NCBI GenBank assembly: GCA_000320545.1
Contig: ADNK01002828.1
Coordinates: forward strand, 1-64,000
Source of the DNA: Bigelowiella natans CCMP2755
Taxonomy: Eukaryota; Protista; Cercozoa
Direction: 5' to 3'
Length of the DNA stretch: 64,000 nt
The notes under the pieces are model-generated. The model was given only the letters and a program-made list of their open reading frames with translations, was not told where the DNA came from and did not search any database. This document shows, piece after piece, positions 13,250 through 28,510 of this stretch (positions within the stretch are counted from its first letter, which is position 1; each line of letters starts with the position of its first letter). A program made the translations under genes and the position numbers.

Positions 13250-14436
13250 GTGTGTTGTGAGGGATGTTGTGAGAAGAATTGTTGTTGTGAGGGATGTTGT
13301 GAGAAGAATTGTTGTTGTGAGGGATGTTGTGAGAAGAATTGTTGTTGTGAGGGATGTTGTGAGAAGAATTGTTGTTGTGAGGAATGTTGTGAGAAGAATT
13401 GTTGTTGTGAGGGATGTTGTGAGAAGAATTGTTGTTGTGAGGAATGTTGTGAGAAGAATTGTTGTTGTGAGGGATGTTGTGAGAAGAATTGTTGTTGTGA
13501 GGGATGTTGTGAGAAGAATTATTGTTGCGTTGATGATGACAATGACAGTCAAGGTCTGTGACAAGGCTCAGCTAGCTTGGAGGTGATGGTGCAAAGTGCA
13601 AGAAGAAGCTCTCAGCAAGCGCATCGCAAAAGAGAACGTTCTTGAAACTCCGCCTTCTGGCCTTCCAAGCCAAGCTGGCAAGCTGGCAAGTGCTGTCGTG
13701 TGTGCACGTGTGAGCGCGAGCAGTGTGCGTTTCGTTTGAGACGCATGTTCCCGCGTGCGTGGCGCAACACTCGCAAAGTGCGCGTGCATCGCAGTGGCAC
13801 GCGCCAGCGTGGCTGAGTGGGCGCAGTGAGGTGGGCAGCCAATTGACACACGTGCGTGGGGTGCAACGATGCCAAACAAATCGTGCCAGCACCATCACAT
13901 CGAAACTCAGCTTGCGATGAAAGCTCCGTGCAAGTGGCTGCCGCCGCCAGTCACGACCGGGTTTTCAAGTTGTTCGAAAAGAAGCAGCGCTGGAGCGGAG
14001 ACGATGATCAATGGTTCTTGGCAAGTGGTGGATGAAGCACTGCGAAACAAAACTGGAAAAGTGCGACTGCGTGCACTTGCGACTGATGATCAACTGAACA
14101 ATGCACTTTCCATTCACTCGGATTTGAAACAAATCCTTCGACCACCTTCGCTCCTTGATGCATGGTCTTGCGCTGTGCGGAGAGGAAGGGAGTGAGCAGC
14201 AGGCGCCTCTGATGATCCTTGCAGCAACAGCCATTGGAATTGCTTCATGCTGCAGCACCAGAGCAGTTCAGTTTGACTCATCGCGCGCGTGCACCGCAGA
14301 CAGGTTCATGCTCTCACGTTCACTGCTTCTGTGGACTTGCCGCTGCTAGTGTTGTGTGTTGTGCGACGACATGATGCCGATCGCTGTTCTCACTGTTCTC
14401 ACTCTTGTGACTCATTCATGCAACTTGTTGCTCCAC
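13250..14436. other. TpA-depleted island 1
   Basis: Manual count finds 3 TA dinucleotides in ~1.19 kb (13520, plus two inside CTAG at ~13572 and ~14346); TG, CA and CG are abundant. Confidence 0.9.
13251..13520. repeat. Minisatellite: 9 tandem copies of a 30-bp unit GTTGTTGTGAGGGATGTTGTGAGAAGAATT
   Basis: Directly visible 30-bp periodicity; copies 5 and 7 carry GGAATG instead of GGGATG. Confidence 0.97.
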
Positions 14437-14451
14437 TAAATCGATTTTTAG

Positions 14452-15682
14452 CTATTGAATGGAAAAGGCATGGGCCTCCGTGTTGAACACGTACCTGCAT
14501 TAGAATTAATTGCATTTGAGATGAATGTGCTATTCGTACTATTTTCACGATTCTGAGACCCCCCCATGCTAGCATGGTGATGAAAAAAGGGGGGATCAAG
14601 TAAAGGTTTGAAATCATCGAATGGCATTGAATACGTCGCCCCCGCCTAAAAGAGTAAATGAAATATTGCCGATTTTCCTCCCCATTCTACTACTTACTTT
14701 TCAATTGGAACGGGGTCGTCTCGAGCATCAACAAGAGTGAGATATATATATTTCATGGTTTCGGAGAGAAAGAAACTCTCCATCCGATCATCCTGATTCA
14801 AAAAAACGGATTGAAACAAAATTATAAGCAAAATGCTGGTGATTACCAACAGCTGGTAACACGTTGCCCACATCATATCGTATCTGATATGCTTGACATG
14901 CTACTCTTACGTTTCTTACAAGTCATTGCTTATAGCAAATAATGCGATAACACCAAATCATTTAGAAATCATCGTCATCACTGTCACGATGGTCATCGTT
15001 ATCATGATCAGTACATGATTGCCCTTCTTGGCGGTTTTCCTAACATCCTTTAGATTCGCATAGCTGACGGGTAATAAAACGATATTAAGCGAGATCATGA
15101 CATTCATGATGATGACGATTATGATAGTGGAGTAAGCACTGCTACTTCTTTATCATTATTCGATGTTAGACATTCTTCTATGCCACTCCTACTACCACGA
15201 CTACTACTACTACTACTACTACTACAACTACTGCAAAGTAGTACTAACCCTCCATCATCTAGACGTGCCCATTTGCGTATGGCGTCAAACACTTCCCAGC
15301 TCCGTGCTCTCCACTTTGCGTCCCCTGGAAGAGGAACAAGAACAAGAACAAAAAGAAGATAAAGAATAGTCAAGATATATGGGGAAAGTAGTACAACTAG
15401 GCGATCCTCAACAACAAAAACTACAACAAAAACAACAGCAACTCTTGCAACTGCTACGACAACCATTGGTAAAATTCTAGACACTAAAACACTATACACT
15501 TCTCGAATAGTCTTATATCACACTTCTGTATCATAATACCCTCACTATTTAGAACTATGCTGCATACGATGATACCTGTTGCTCTATAGAGATGATAGAA
15601 CGCTTCTACTGCCTAATATGAAGTCGAAACAGATCCACAAATTCATACAACAAGTATATAAATATCCATATATAAATTATAC

Positions 15683-15718
<36 letters not shown>

Positions 15719-16351
15719 TGCTGAAGTTAGCGATAAGCGCAGTGGTAGGATACATACCTCTGGACGTAGCAGAGAGTGTGCCGCACCACTATCTATGACA
15801 AAATCCTATGAATAGAACAACAACAACAACAAAAACAACAGAGAATACTAATGTCAACGTTATGATTTATGCAATTTATATGCAGAATTCCTTGCAAATC
15901 GTACATGATTTGTTTCTAAAATGAGATATGATATGGGCTAGTGTTCCATATCCTCTTTACCCCCCCTCCTTCTTCCTCTCATCCTCCTCCTTAGTGCTGC
16001 CGCGTCATTTTGACCTGTGCTCCGGTTCTAAACTGCACTATCTCAGGAGCAATGCCTGTTGGAGATCTGACGACATCATACATGATGGTGATGAAGAAGA
16101 AGAAGATGATGATGATGATGATGATTATGAATGATGAAAAGGGAGAGTGTAATCATGCAAAGAACATGAGATGATAATACTACTACTACAACTACTAATA
16201 GTTGTACAACATCTATAAATCATGATCATAGGAAAGACGAAGCAGGAAGAGCAGCTTCATCAGAGAAGAATCATCAACGCTGCTTCTACAATGCTTCAAC
16301 CACCCTCCCCCCATTACCCCCCCGCCCCTCCCACGCCGCCTCTCTCCAACC

Positions 16352-16391
<40 letters not shown>

Positions 16392-17482
16392 GCAACTGTC
16401 ACTCATCATCTATTGTAATTGTTTACTTTGCATAAAACTGGTAGCATGTTTCTCCGAGCTCCTCTGCAATTTTTAAATAATCAGCATCTGACATTAACGA
16501 TGTGCCCCCCATTGAAGATGACTGTGATGTTGCTTCTTGGTCAGCGCTTATGGAGGGTGCCCCTCTTCCTTGGACCTCCTCTTCCTCTCTTCCCTTGTTC
16601 TTCTTGTTTTTGGGAAAACCGACGCCATGATCCATCCCCGACTGATAAAAAACAAATAATGGTAGTAGTAGTAGTAGTAGTAGTAGTAGCAATATTGCTC
16701 ATAAATACAACAACGTGATCACACACCTGTCAATTGCGTATGTGCTTTCGTATTTTTGATCAGTTGATGGATATGCATCTATCATCAGCTCCACATTAAT
16801 TTATGCTTCTTCTCACTATATGCAACTATTTGTTGTAGTAGTAGCAGCAGCAGTATGAGTAGTAGTGCTACTACTACGTACGACTCCTACTACTACTACC
16901 TTTGCTCTGAAAGCATAATCCATAGCAAGAAGACCAGGCATGAAACAGACTAAATGATCCATCTTTCCTAGCAGTGTGTGACCTACAATAATGATGATCA
17001 GGAGGAGGATGATGATGCCGACAATATTGATAAAACATTGATACATCGCCAATATAATAAAGTACATATAATCATCATCATATTTCTTCAATGATACCCC
17101 AAGTATTCAGAATCCTTATATTTGCAGTATTTCGCAGTAGTACCGTTTTTCTCTGCGATGAACGTCATCTTGGATGCATTAGATTGAAGCGTTAATTCCT
17201 GAGCATCAGAAATTATGACCAGCTTGATTAGTCACACCATCTTAAGGTATTTTACTGTAGCTATGCTTAAAATAATAGCATACACTAATCACAAGTATTC
17301 TATTTTGGTACATACTCCTCCCCCCTTTCCTATTCTTCTTCTTTTTCTTCTTCTTCTTCGTTTTGCAGTTAGAAATGTATATCATCATTGTTGGCCAAAA
17401 GCAATTAGTGCGAAAGAAGTGCATAATCTAGTAGCATCTAGTAGCATGTTGTTCTTCCCTCTCCTAATGGGTCAGCAAACAC

Positions 17483-17513
<31 letters not shown>

Positions 17514-19403
17514 CCTCTAATATGAGTCTAATGGATTTCTCGTACAACTTCCTTGCTTCTACGTCCATCCCATTGTTCAAAACCTAGGTAATGACGTCAA
17601 TAATAATAACAATTCATTGGAAGTTTAACAACAGCAAATAATAAGAATAGAGCCCAATCTCTTTATCTCTCTCGGCCTCTCCCACAAAAAGAGGGGTATA
17701 GTATTACTCACATGGTCTTGAGTGTTGTGCTATTTTATGTGTTTTTAGATGAGAAGGAGGTAACAACATCATACTCTGACGTATCACTTCTACAATCAGC
17801 ACTACTGATACTACCAGTGAACTAATAGCTACTGCTGCTATCATTACTACTCAGTACCCATAGTTTCAAGAAGTACTCATACACACTATCCACACGTGCC
17901 CTAATAAGAATGAATATACGATAAACTCAGTTACATACAACGCAATTACTACTACTTCTACTACTTCCATTTGCTATTACTACTACTACTACTATTACTA
18001 CTACTACTACCCAAGAGTGATGACACCGGGCCTTAAACGTCCAGAATCCGGAGAAATAAACTGGGTGAATAAGCCTCTTTCATCTAGAGACTTTCCCAAC
18101 CTGTTGTTAACGTATTATATGAACGAATCAAATAAATGGGTGCTAAGAGTGAGTGTATGAGCGTATGCTGCTGACGCTGCTGCTATTACAGGAAGAACAA
18201 AGACTGCCATTTATGTGTAGTAAATATAAAGTATATAATCGAATAGTAGTAATAGTACCATTTGAGAGCTTGCTGCGATTTCTTATAGTATATCTCATTG
18301 CCTGAAAGAGAGAGAGAGAGAGAAAAGATGCATTGCGGGTAAGTGACATTGTCTCCTTTGTTTTTCATCGGGCTATTGCTATGATATTTACTTCGCCAAA
18401 TTTTGCCCTTAATCAACCTCACCGACGACGCGTACTCATCCACAAACAGGAGCACAAACAGGAGCACATCAACATCAAGGTCTACCAGTAAGGCGTGAAA
18501 GAAGGCGAAATTCCATTTGAATCGATCCAACCTGGAAGGGGGGGGAGGGGTGGAGAAGGTTGGTGTGTTTTGGTCAGAACGTTAGCAAAGATGATGCATC
18601 GGCAACGCTAACATCGACGACGAAAACAAATATTCTCCATTATCTCAATAACCCTGCATAAGCAGTACTACGATGTTCGGTTAATATGATCTCTGCACTA
18701 TTTTTCTCTTTAGTGGCTACTACTACTACTTCTACTACTACTACTACTATATTACAAGGAATGGTACTCTTTAGAAGTAGTACTAGTAGCAAGGAGTTGT
18801 ACCTCTGCGACAGTGGAATGGCCAGATGTCCAACTTGGATTATGACCTTAAAAAAAAGGGAAAAAGAAAGAAAGAAAGAAATGCTTTAAATTAGAAGACG
18901 TGGTGTGTAATAAGTTGCTGTAGTTTAATTTCCTGATTTAAATATGGAAAGTAGATTATGATAATGATGATGATGATGATGATGATGATGAAAAGGTAGC
19001 AGAGTAATGTCATAAATTAAATAAAAATAATAATTATTCTCATCCTGCCCCTCCTCTGCTTGAAGGAGCGTCTTTTGAAAGTCGTCATTGGTGATATGTT
19101 AAAATGTTCTCCTCACTGATTTGCTTCTCTAGGTCAAGAGTTCCTTTTGGAATGCCTGGTTATTACGATCATGATGATCACCCCTCATGATGATGATGAT
19201 GATGAAGTTGTATGTTGTTTTTGTTGTTGTTGTTGTTCTTATAGAAGTTGTATGTTGGTTTTGTTGTTGTTGTTGTTGTTCTTATAGATAGGGTGAAGTG
19301 TTTATCAATAAAAGCGTGTGTTTCAATATATTCATTTCTCCTCTGCATATACTACTACATAGGTATATTATCATCTGAATTCAGCTGTGTGCTACCTGCT
19401 TCT

Positions 19404-19483
<80 letters not shown>

Positions 19484-19526
19484 CTCACAGTTTGAGCTGC
19501 ACTTCTACTACTACTATTACTACTAT

Positions 19527-19559
<33 letters not shown>

Positions 19560-20057
19560 CAGTTGGTGTATCAAACGCAAAGAGCATAGCATTCCCAAGC
19601 TCCTTGGCCTAGTACGGAAGTAATGAGAGTAGGTAGTAGTACAAATAAATTCAATCAACCAAAAACATGTATTTGTTGTATTCATTTGCTCATTACTAAC
19701 ACGTCATCACTCCTCCTCAATATTCAATGATTGCTCACAAACAACTCTGCTGCTGCTTCTAATGCTGTAAATCATCCAGCAGACGCCATACTTCTAGTAC
19801 TAAAACTACCTCCTACTTGTACCTTTTCCAATAAAATCGGTTTTTGTCGTAAAGTATACGCTCCCAAGAGTCCCTACCGCAGTATCATCATTATGATCAT
19901 CGTCGTCATCATCATCAAGTATGACTACTCACATCTTTGTCATGTTGATGGTGGTGATGACGATTGTTATTGCTTTTGCTTTATTTGTTGTTATAGTGCT
20001 AACAGCTTGTGTTTTGTTCATCATTAAATAATTTCATCTTAACATCATCGTGTAATG

Positions 20058-20088
<31 letters not shown>

Positions 20089-21524
20089 AACTATTGCTGC
20101 AAATAGTATTGCTGCTGTTGTTGTTGTTGGTGATGATGATGATGATGATGATGATAATGATAATAACATTAATACTTAAATTCTACTACGACTACTACTA
20201 GAAATCCTGGTATTATTACTATCTATGGCTTACTACTACTATCTATCTATGACTCTTCTTCTTCTTCTTCTTTATCATCATCATCATCGATCATCACCCA
20301 CCCCTAATACTCTGATGGTGGTTTCAAACAAGTTGATATCCTTCTGGCTTTTGAACGACAAGTTCTTTCCTATTTATTCGATATGATCACAAGTGCAACG
20401 AAGGCTTGTTACCACAACATATCATTGCAGTTAATATCATCGTCATTATCGTCATCGTGGTCTGGAATATAGCGGTAGTTCTGACCTATCCATTCCACAC
20501 ATTCGTTGAATTCCTAAGTGGACAAAAATACATCGACGATTTATTCTTCTTCATCCTTCTTATTATTTTTAAATCAATATCAGTATTGTGAGACTACTAC
20601 TCGTATGCACACATGTTTTTGTTGTTGTTGTTGTTGTTGTTGTCTGCTATTATGATAATAACTCCAATGATTACCCTATTATTACCTGCTCAAAGCCAAG
20701 AAGGATCAAAGTGTCGAGCGAGTCAATCATTGTAAGGGCCATTCCATAGTTATCTTCGTAACTGTTTTACAATAGTAGTAGTAGCAGTAGCAGCAATAGT
20801 AATAGGAGTTGTTACTGTTCTTGTCGTATATCAATGTCAAAATACCCACATTATCACTAATGTCTGCTTCTTATACTGTTGATGATATCTTTCCTTCCTC
20901 GATGGGATAAATTGCCTAACTAATCTAGAAGCACTTGCAGCGTGGTAGTAGTAGTAGTAATATTAGGAAGTATACCTTTTAGAGAGAGGCTTGACGTCAT
21001 CATGCCCCCAAGCATATCTGATATATACCATAAATAGAACATGTAAATTTATATGATGATAGTGATGGATATCTCTTTGTACCCTTGCCACTACACACAC
21101 ACACACACACCACACACATACTGTAGTTACTTTTCATTAGAAAACTGTTTGCACCTAGTTATTAGTATTATTGTTATTAGTAGTAGTAGTATTTGCTTTG
21201 ATAGTAGTTGTTAATAATATACTTTACGATTACTTTTTGTACGCATCCCAATAGTTGTTAATAGTATACTTTACTATTACTTTTTGTACGCATCCCAAGC
21301 CCAGCGAACTCTTGTTTGACTGCTTCTCTCAATTGCTCAAGAGAAGTGATCCCTCTAAGAACTCGTCCATCTCAGGTGATGATCCTCCTCCTCCTCCTCC
21401 TCCTCCTCCTCCTCCTCCCCCAGATGATGATGCTGATGATGATGAGGACATACGCTTGGTAGAGTCTGATACATCGCCTACATGATATGTGCAGCAGTGA
21501 GAAGACAGTAGCACAAACGATGAT

Positions 21525-21556
<32 letters not shown>

Positions 21557-22873
21557 AATAGTGATAATGACAAGAATACACTGATTAAACAAACAGAATC
21601 CGACATCAACCACAGCACGCAGTTAAGATTAGCAGTAGTAATATCACATGATTAAAGCATAAGACGGCCTGTCACTATCATCATCATCATCATCAATTAA
21701 TTAACACAGATACCATGTGCTCTTGCTGCTGGCATCGTCGTTGTTGCTGTTTTCATGGTTATAGCCTGGCCACCACCATCTTACAACAACATAATATGTT
21801 TATCATTAATTATATATCATCACAAAGATAACCTCGCTGCTGTAGCAGTGGCATTTAATTAAGCTGCGCAGTCTTTAACTATTATACGTGAATGATATAG
21901 AACGAATCGCGTTGTATTTCAACAAGATTCATAAAATAAACTACATATATTATATATATTATTTATCATTATTGTTATCATTCAAGGTGGAGGCCAGTTC
22001 AGGAAATAGATTGTGTGTTGTTCTTCTTACTTGCGGTCGGTTTCATATGAAATTGTATATTGCCAGCTTTGATCATAACCTACAGCAAGTAGTAGAGCAG
22101 TAGGTAGTTGTTAATAATGATGATGATGATGATGATGATGAGCAGTTGATATATATTATTTGGCAATAGCATTTGTGCTTTAGTCGTAATTTACCCCTCC
22201 TGCTGCTTGAACATTCCCCATTAAGTGCGACACAGCCTAATAATATCATTTAACAGCTGGTTATGAGAGGAGGAGGAGGAGGATTGGAAGGCTACCACAC
22301 CACTACTTGTACTCGCCCTACAACTAGTACCTGCTGGAACTGTTTGACGATGTTATCCATATTTCCACCATTACTATTGCCATCTCCACCATGCAGCTGT
22401 ACGATTTCTGATGACTCTCCTGAATTCAACTTTAGCAGAATATTTGCCTGGGACAGACAATAAAACATGGATATTGTATGTGGAAACGCTATTAGAAAGA
22501 AGAAGGACACCGAAGACGGTTAATGGTGTACCACCTCCCCTGGTGAGATCATCGTAATTCTCATCATCATCATCATCATCGTCATCATCTTCACTAATAC
22601 TGCTGATGTAGTCAGTAAACCCGTGTAATAAGATTATCACTACCACTTCGTTGGTTGTTCCGCCAACACCACTAGCTCCTCCTCCCAAAGCCATGAGGGA
22701 CTTTCTCAAAGCAAGCTCGGTCGCTTGCTCCGTTAGGGCAAATACATGTGCCCCTCCATCACCACCACAATACTGATCTTGATCTCCCTGACGTTGTTGT
22801 TGTTGTTGTTTAGTGCCATGCGTGTGTGATTCATAAATCATGATCATTCATGATGCTGACAATGATGACAGAC

Positions 22874-22910
<37 letters not shown>

Positions 22911-23184
22911 CACCACATAAACAGCATAATTACAAGGTGATTGGTCTCTATTCACTCGTATTTAAGAAATTATATAAGTATGCATACCATAACAACAGTA
23001 GCTGCTGCTACTACTACTACTACTACTACTACTACCGTGCATTTTTTCGAGCAAGCTTCTTCTTCAATTTGTCGTCGATTCTCTATTATTATTTAATATT
23101 GTAATATATCATTAAAACTGTTATTATTAATTTCCAGTGTATTGATGTAGCATCATCATCATCATCATCATCATAGTCGCGTTG

Positions 23185-23220
<36 letters not shown>

Positions 23221-23594
23221 CCAGGCATTGCTTGTTGCTCAGTCGCAGCACATCGACACGTATCACCATAGACTAGTTCCATCAAGCTAGATCTGATGTT
23301 GTTGTTGTTGTAACATTAGACCATAGAGACTGAAAGAGAGAGGGAGAGGGAGAGAGAATTAGAGAACAAGAACAAGGCAGCGACCCTTTGTCGCGACACA
23401 GGATTTCACAGTAATCCATAGTCATCCCTGCGCCGTCTACACCATGTGCTTTATCTCCACATTCCTCACACAGTGTGAAACACCCCTGATGATAATGATG
23501 ATGATGATGATGACAACGATCATAGATGAATAAAGATGACGATTGCTCATAATGATCAAAGAAGAATACAACTATACAAACACAAACACACACA

Positions 23595-23635
<41 letters not shown>

Positions 23636-25148
23636 TAACATACATAGCACACATCACGTATACATCACATACATAGCACAGCTTTATACCAGATATGCTC
23701 TAGGGCCTTTCATCTCTTCAGGATCGGCTATTGGAGTCGTGATTGCGACGACATTCTTCACACAAATAATATACAGCAGCAGCAAAGCAAACAAACAAAC
23801 CAATGCTGTTGGTCATAGATGATTAACATCATGTGCTATTATCGTCTTGTGGGTGTAGTTGCGACTATCCTTCTTATATCAAATTGATGAATATAAACTA
23901 TTATGGCTATTCACTATATACGCATAACACACTACCCTTCCGCCTATTGTCGTCATCTTCTTCATTGACTGTTTGCTCTGCTGATTGCTCCAAGTATCCT
24001 GCATTCTACTCATTTCACTCTTATGGGCCTCGAAACACTTGTGATCATTAATGAGGGTCAACTTTGCACTTTTGAAGTAAATAGGCTGAGACCGATGAAT
24101 GCATACAAAACAACAACCACAACAAACAAACACAATCACAATCAACCAACCAACAAAAGAAATTCACCTCAATCAATCATTATTCCAAGGAAACAAAGAA
24201 AATCGATATAATAGTAACACTAACAAAATTAATCAAGTGCTGTATTCTCTTTGTTGTTGTTGTCGTTGTTGCAGATATGATAATAGCTCGATATTACATT
24301 CATACCTTGTTCTACCCTGGATGACTACTCACTTTCTTACTTAGTGTACTATTACCTTGAGAATGCTTCCTTCTGCCCCTCTTCCTTCTCCGCTCTTTAC
24401 AACAGTGAAACGAATGTAAAGATACTTCTCTTGAGCATTTTTTTGTCCTCCTTTATTATCTGGTAAATGATCGTAGATATCAGCGACACAATCGTCTATC
24501 ATCATCTACACCATCATCACAAATGGAGGACTCAAATATTAAACAATAACAAGGCCAATATGTATGGTTATCATCGTTAGCTTTGTCTTGATCGCCATCG
24601 TTACCATTGTCTTGTTGTAGCTGTTGTTCATGGGGCTGTGCTGCTTCTTCTGCTTGTAAATTCCTCTTTAGAAAGCTGTTAATGCCATTGCTATCCAATG
24701 AGTTAATCTCCAACGCGTATGGAGAATCATCACCAGATCCATCGCTTTTCACCTCTACTTCTCCTATTATTGTTCAAAAAGAGCAAAGGATGATAAGTAT
24801 TAGTAGGACACTTTACATGATACGATGCTGGTACTGATGGTGATGAGGATAACAGTGCTGCATCATTTCGCAGATAATCGAAGCAAATGCACATATCATT
24901 ACAGACATTATTATTAGGCAACTACGCATATTACAGACATTATCATTGGGTGCAAATCATCACCGATCATCCTATTTTGATACTACTACAACTACAACTA
25001 CTACTACTACACAATCAATCAGTGAATCAATGACCACACCACTGAATTGGAAGAATTTTTGAGCATCTCGTGAAAGGAATACGCTCAGAGTAGTTATTCC
25101 TCCTCCTCCTCCTTCCGTTGAGGAGGGGGGGGGGGTTGGGGTTGATCC

Positions 25149-25181
<33 letters not shown>

Positions 25182-26096
25182 TTGGATTTGGGCTGATATC
25201 TGTGGTGTTTTCGAGGACAAAATAATTCACTTACCCCCCCACACAATATTTGACAATCTTCCACTACTATTGCTACTAAATATGATTAATCATGCATATT
25301 ATGAGGAAAAGTTCTATCTGCTACTACTACTGCTACTGCTGCTGCTGTTACGACTATTAATCCAGTCATCTGATATCAGCTATCACTCATCACCTTAACA
25401 TTCGTGCATTGAAACAATGGGATTGGTTCTTTGAATCGTAACGTTATATGGGTGTTTCTCCCTGTTGTTGTTGTTATTGTCAATTATCATCATTATTATT
25501 ACTACCATAAACAGAGACCGGGAAATAAATGAATAACAGCATCAATTATCATCATCACCATCTATTCTCATGGTTTTCGCTTCTTAGGTAGTGAGTGACA
25601 ATAGAATATAATTATTCGTATAGAAGCATGATCATATGAAAATCATCATCAACAACAACAACATCTACCAAGGCTGTTGTATACAAATTTTCTCTTTTTT
25701 CTTATCCCCTTCTTCTTCTTCTAAAACGGCTACTACTACTGCTACTACTACTACTACCTGTCAGGCATGCATATCCTGCTACACAGCCCCTGAACACCAC
25801 CATAATCGTCGTCGTCATCATCATCATCATCATCATCATCATAATCATCACCACAAAACGACGATGAGAATGACGATGACGAAGACGAAGAGGAGGCCAT
25901 GAGGACAAATATCGTTAGAAACAAAGTAATGGAGTAGGGGTGCAAGAAACCAGCACAAAAACACTATGCATGCGTATATTTATATATCGTTGAGGTGATA
26001 ATGAAAATGCCAACCTGCTAGTACTAGTAGTTGTAGCCGTAGTAGAAGTAGAAGCAGAAGATGTCGCATGAACATCGGCGACTGTCATCCAACCTG

Positions 26097-26130
<34 letters not shown>

Positions 26131-26888
26131 CAATCTATCATCCTTTTGTGATGACGACGACGATGGGTTTGAATTTCTTCGCAAAAGTATGTTCATTATG
26201 CAGGTAAGTAGCGATGTACGGCGAAATTGTCTGCTTGCTACTACTTGCGCCATATGCTGCATGTTAGTTGAAATGCTGCTGCTGATATAATCTTTGTTAT
26301 TATCTTCTTCTTAGGCATCATCCTTCTCCACTCCTCTCTCTTCTTTCTCTCCTTCCAACCTCCATTCCTGAGAGGTTCTTCCGGTGCTGCAGGGCTTGTA
26401 CCGCTAATCTCTATCTCGAATGGTGAGGAGAAGGAGGAGAAGGACAACATCTGCAAACAACAACAACAAGTAGCAGTAGTAGTAGTAGTAGTAGTAGTAG
26501 TACAGTAGTTATGACACGATCAGTGCAAGAATAACACGGTGAAGAATGCAACAATGATATTGATGAGGATGATGAAGCTATAATACTGTAAAACAGAAAG
26601 ATAAAGGAGTAATTACGAATAGTAGAACATGATGCAGCTTATCATCATTCTCTCTTGCTACACGCAGCTTCTGCTGATGCTGCTGGTGGTGGTGGTGGTG
26701 GTGGTGATGACGATACCGGATTCGCAGTTGAGGAGGAGGAGGAGGAGGGTGGTGATGCTGCTGCTTCTTTAATGCGACTTGAAGGAAAGGATATCACTTC
26801 GTCGTACTATTTGTGAGAATGAAGACAACACCAACAACAAACAACGCCAATTAATGATTTCATCATTTTATGTTCAGTATTTCTCAGA

Positions 26889-26923
<35 letters not shown>

Positions 26924-27389
26924 TATAACACTGTCATCATCGTCATCATCATCATCGTCATCATCATCATAGAATATCCCTACTACCTACCTACTACCTA
27001 CTACCTTTGTATCAAATCCAACATAATGCACTTTTAACCAGTCATGGCCAATATCGAGAATCTTACAACAACAACAAGCAACGACCATCAATATAATCAC
27101 AACCCATAGGCAGCAGTGGTGGTGGCAGTAGGAGGAGGAAGAAGGAAGGGAAGAGAGCTCCTTTACTCATCATCGTCATCATCATCATCATCCTCCTCCT
27201 CATCATCATCATGATTCATCATCATCAAGGGCAGCAATACCTCACAACTTCTCCACACTTCCGTTTTTGATTTACAGTGCACTCTATCTCCCACCTTCTT
27301 AAACAACAACATACATCGAGTAACAACGAATAATAAACAAAAAGAATATACGAGCGACACATCAAAATATCAAACGTGTGCACCATATG

Positions 27390-27424
<35 letters not shown>

Positions 27425-27818
27425 TCATCAATAAGTAGTAAAAAAGAAAAGAAAGCATTCCCTTCTCCTTCCTCAGCCGTTGTGCAACCATTGCTTACGA
27501 AAACGAGGGATTGCTACAATGACATCGACTTCTATACTACTACTACCACTACTACCACAGTTTGTGCTATTGCTACTGCTGCTGCTACTAGAATACAATC
27601 ACACTAGTAATACTACTACCTTAGAATTTAGATCGTCTCTATGCAATAGAGCCCCGCCATCATTATAACCATCATAACTATTATCATTGCTAAGATGATC
27701 TTGCTGCTGCATAGCAGTGGAAGGTGACGCTGTTGGACTTGTAGTTTCATAGCTTTTTAAAGTTTTTAAAGCCTTGATAATACACACACTTAATTAGTTT
27801 GCTGTAGCGTGCGCACAT

Positions 27819-27890
<72 letters not shown>

Positions 27891-28477
27891 TGGATAGGGT
27901 AGGGTAGGGTAGTAGCACTAACTACTATTAGTACCTTCTGGAGCTTGTTATTGATCGTCACTTCACGTGCTCTACTTTCCTCCTGTTTATTTACCCATGG
28001 TGATGATGATGATGATGATGATTGCTGTCTAAGTAATCGCTAGAAGTGTACATTAATTATTAGAATGTTACCTTCAATCTATGAAGGTCTAAGGTTACAT
28101 CATCCAGTTCTTTTTGGAGCTGCTTATTCGCCTAGAGAGGGAGAGAGGGAGGGAGAGAGAGGGAGGGAGAAATAGCAATGTATTACCAACATTAATTTGT
28201 AGAACATGTAAAGCAAGAGCAGAGAGACTAACGATAATCACACAATAGTATTCGTTTGGGAATTATAACTTGATTACATCTAGCAACCAGGAAACAACAC
28301 ATCATCACTACCGCTAACAAGCATAGGAGAGGAGGAGGAGGAGGAGGACACAACAAGTATTGTTCCAAATAGTATTTCATAATTCATAAACAGAGGCCGG
28401 GGAGGAGGAGGGGGGGGGGGGGGGGGGGGGGGAATCCGTCTGGCTCAGTCTTATTGTCTTCCCTTATCAATATTGCA

Positions 28478-28510
<33 letters not shown>

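Noticed and set aside
13251-13520. CRISPR array
   Set aside because: Units are contiguous with no unique spacers, there are no cas genes, and the context is eukaryotic.
13127-13561. Cys-rich metallothionein-like ORF (CCEGCCEKNC)n
   Set aside because: It is a translation of the 30-bp minisatellite, which is open in several frames because it lacks TA; it has a non-ATG start and overlaps the kinase start antisense.
13560-14436. CpG methylation decay as the cause of the TG/CA excess
   Set aside because: CpG is plentiful in the islands (e.g. CGCGCGCG at ~14282) while TpA is the missing dinucleotide.
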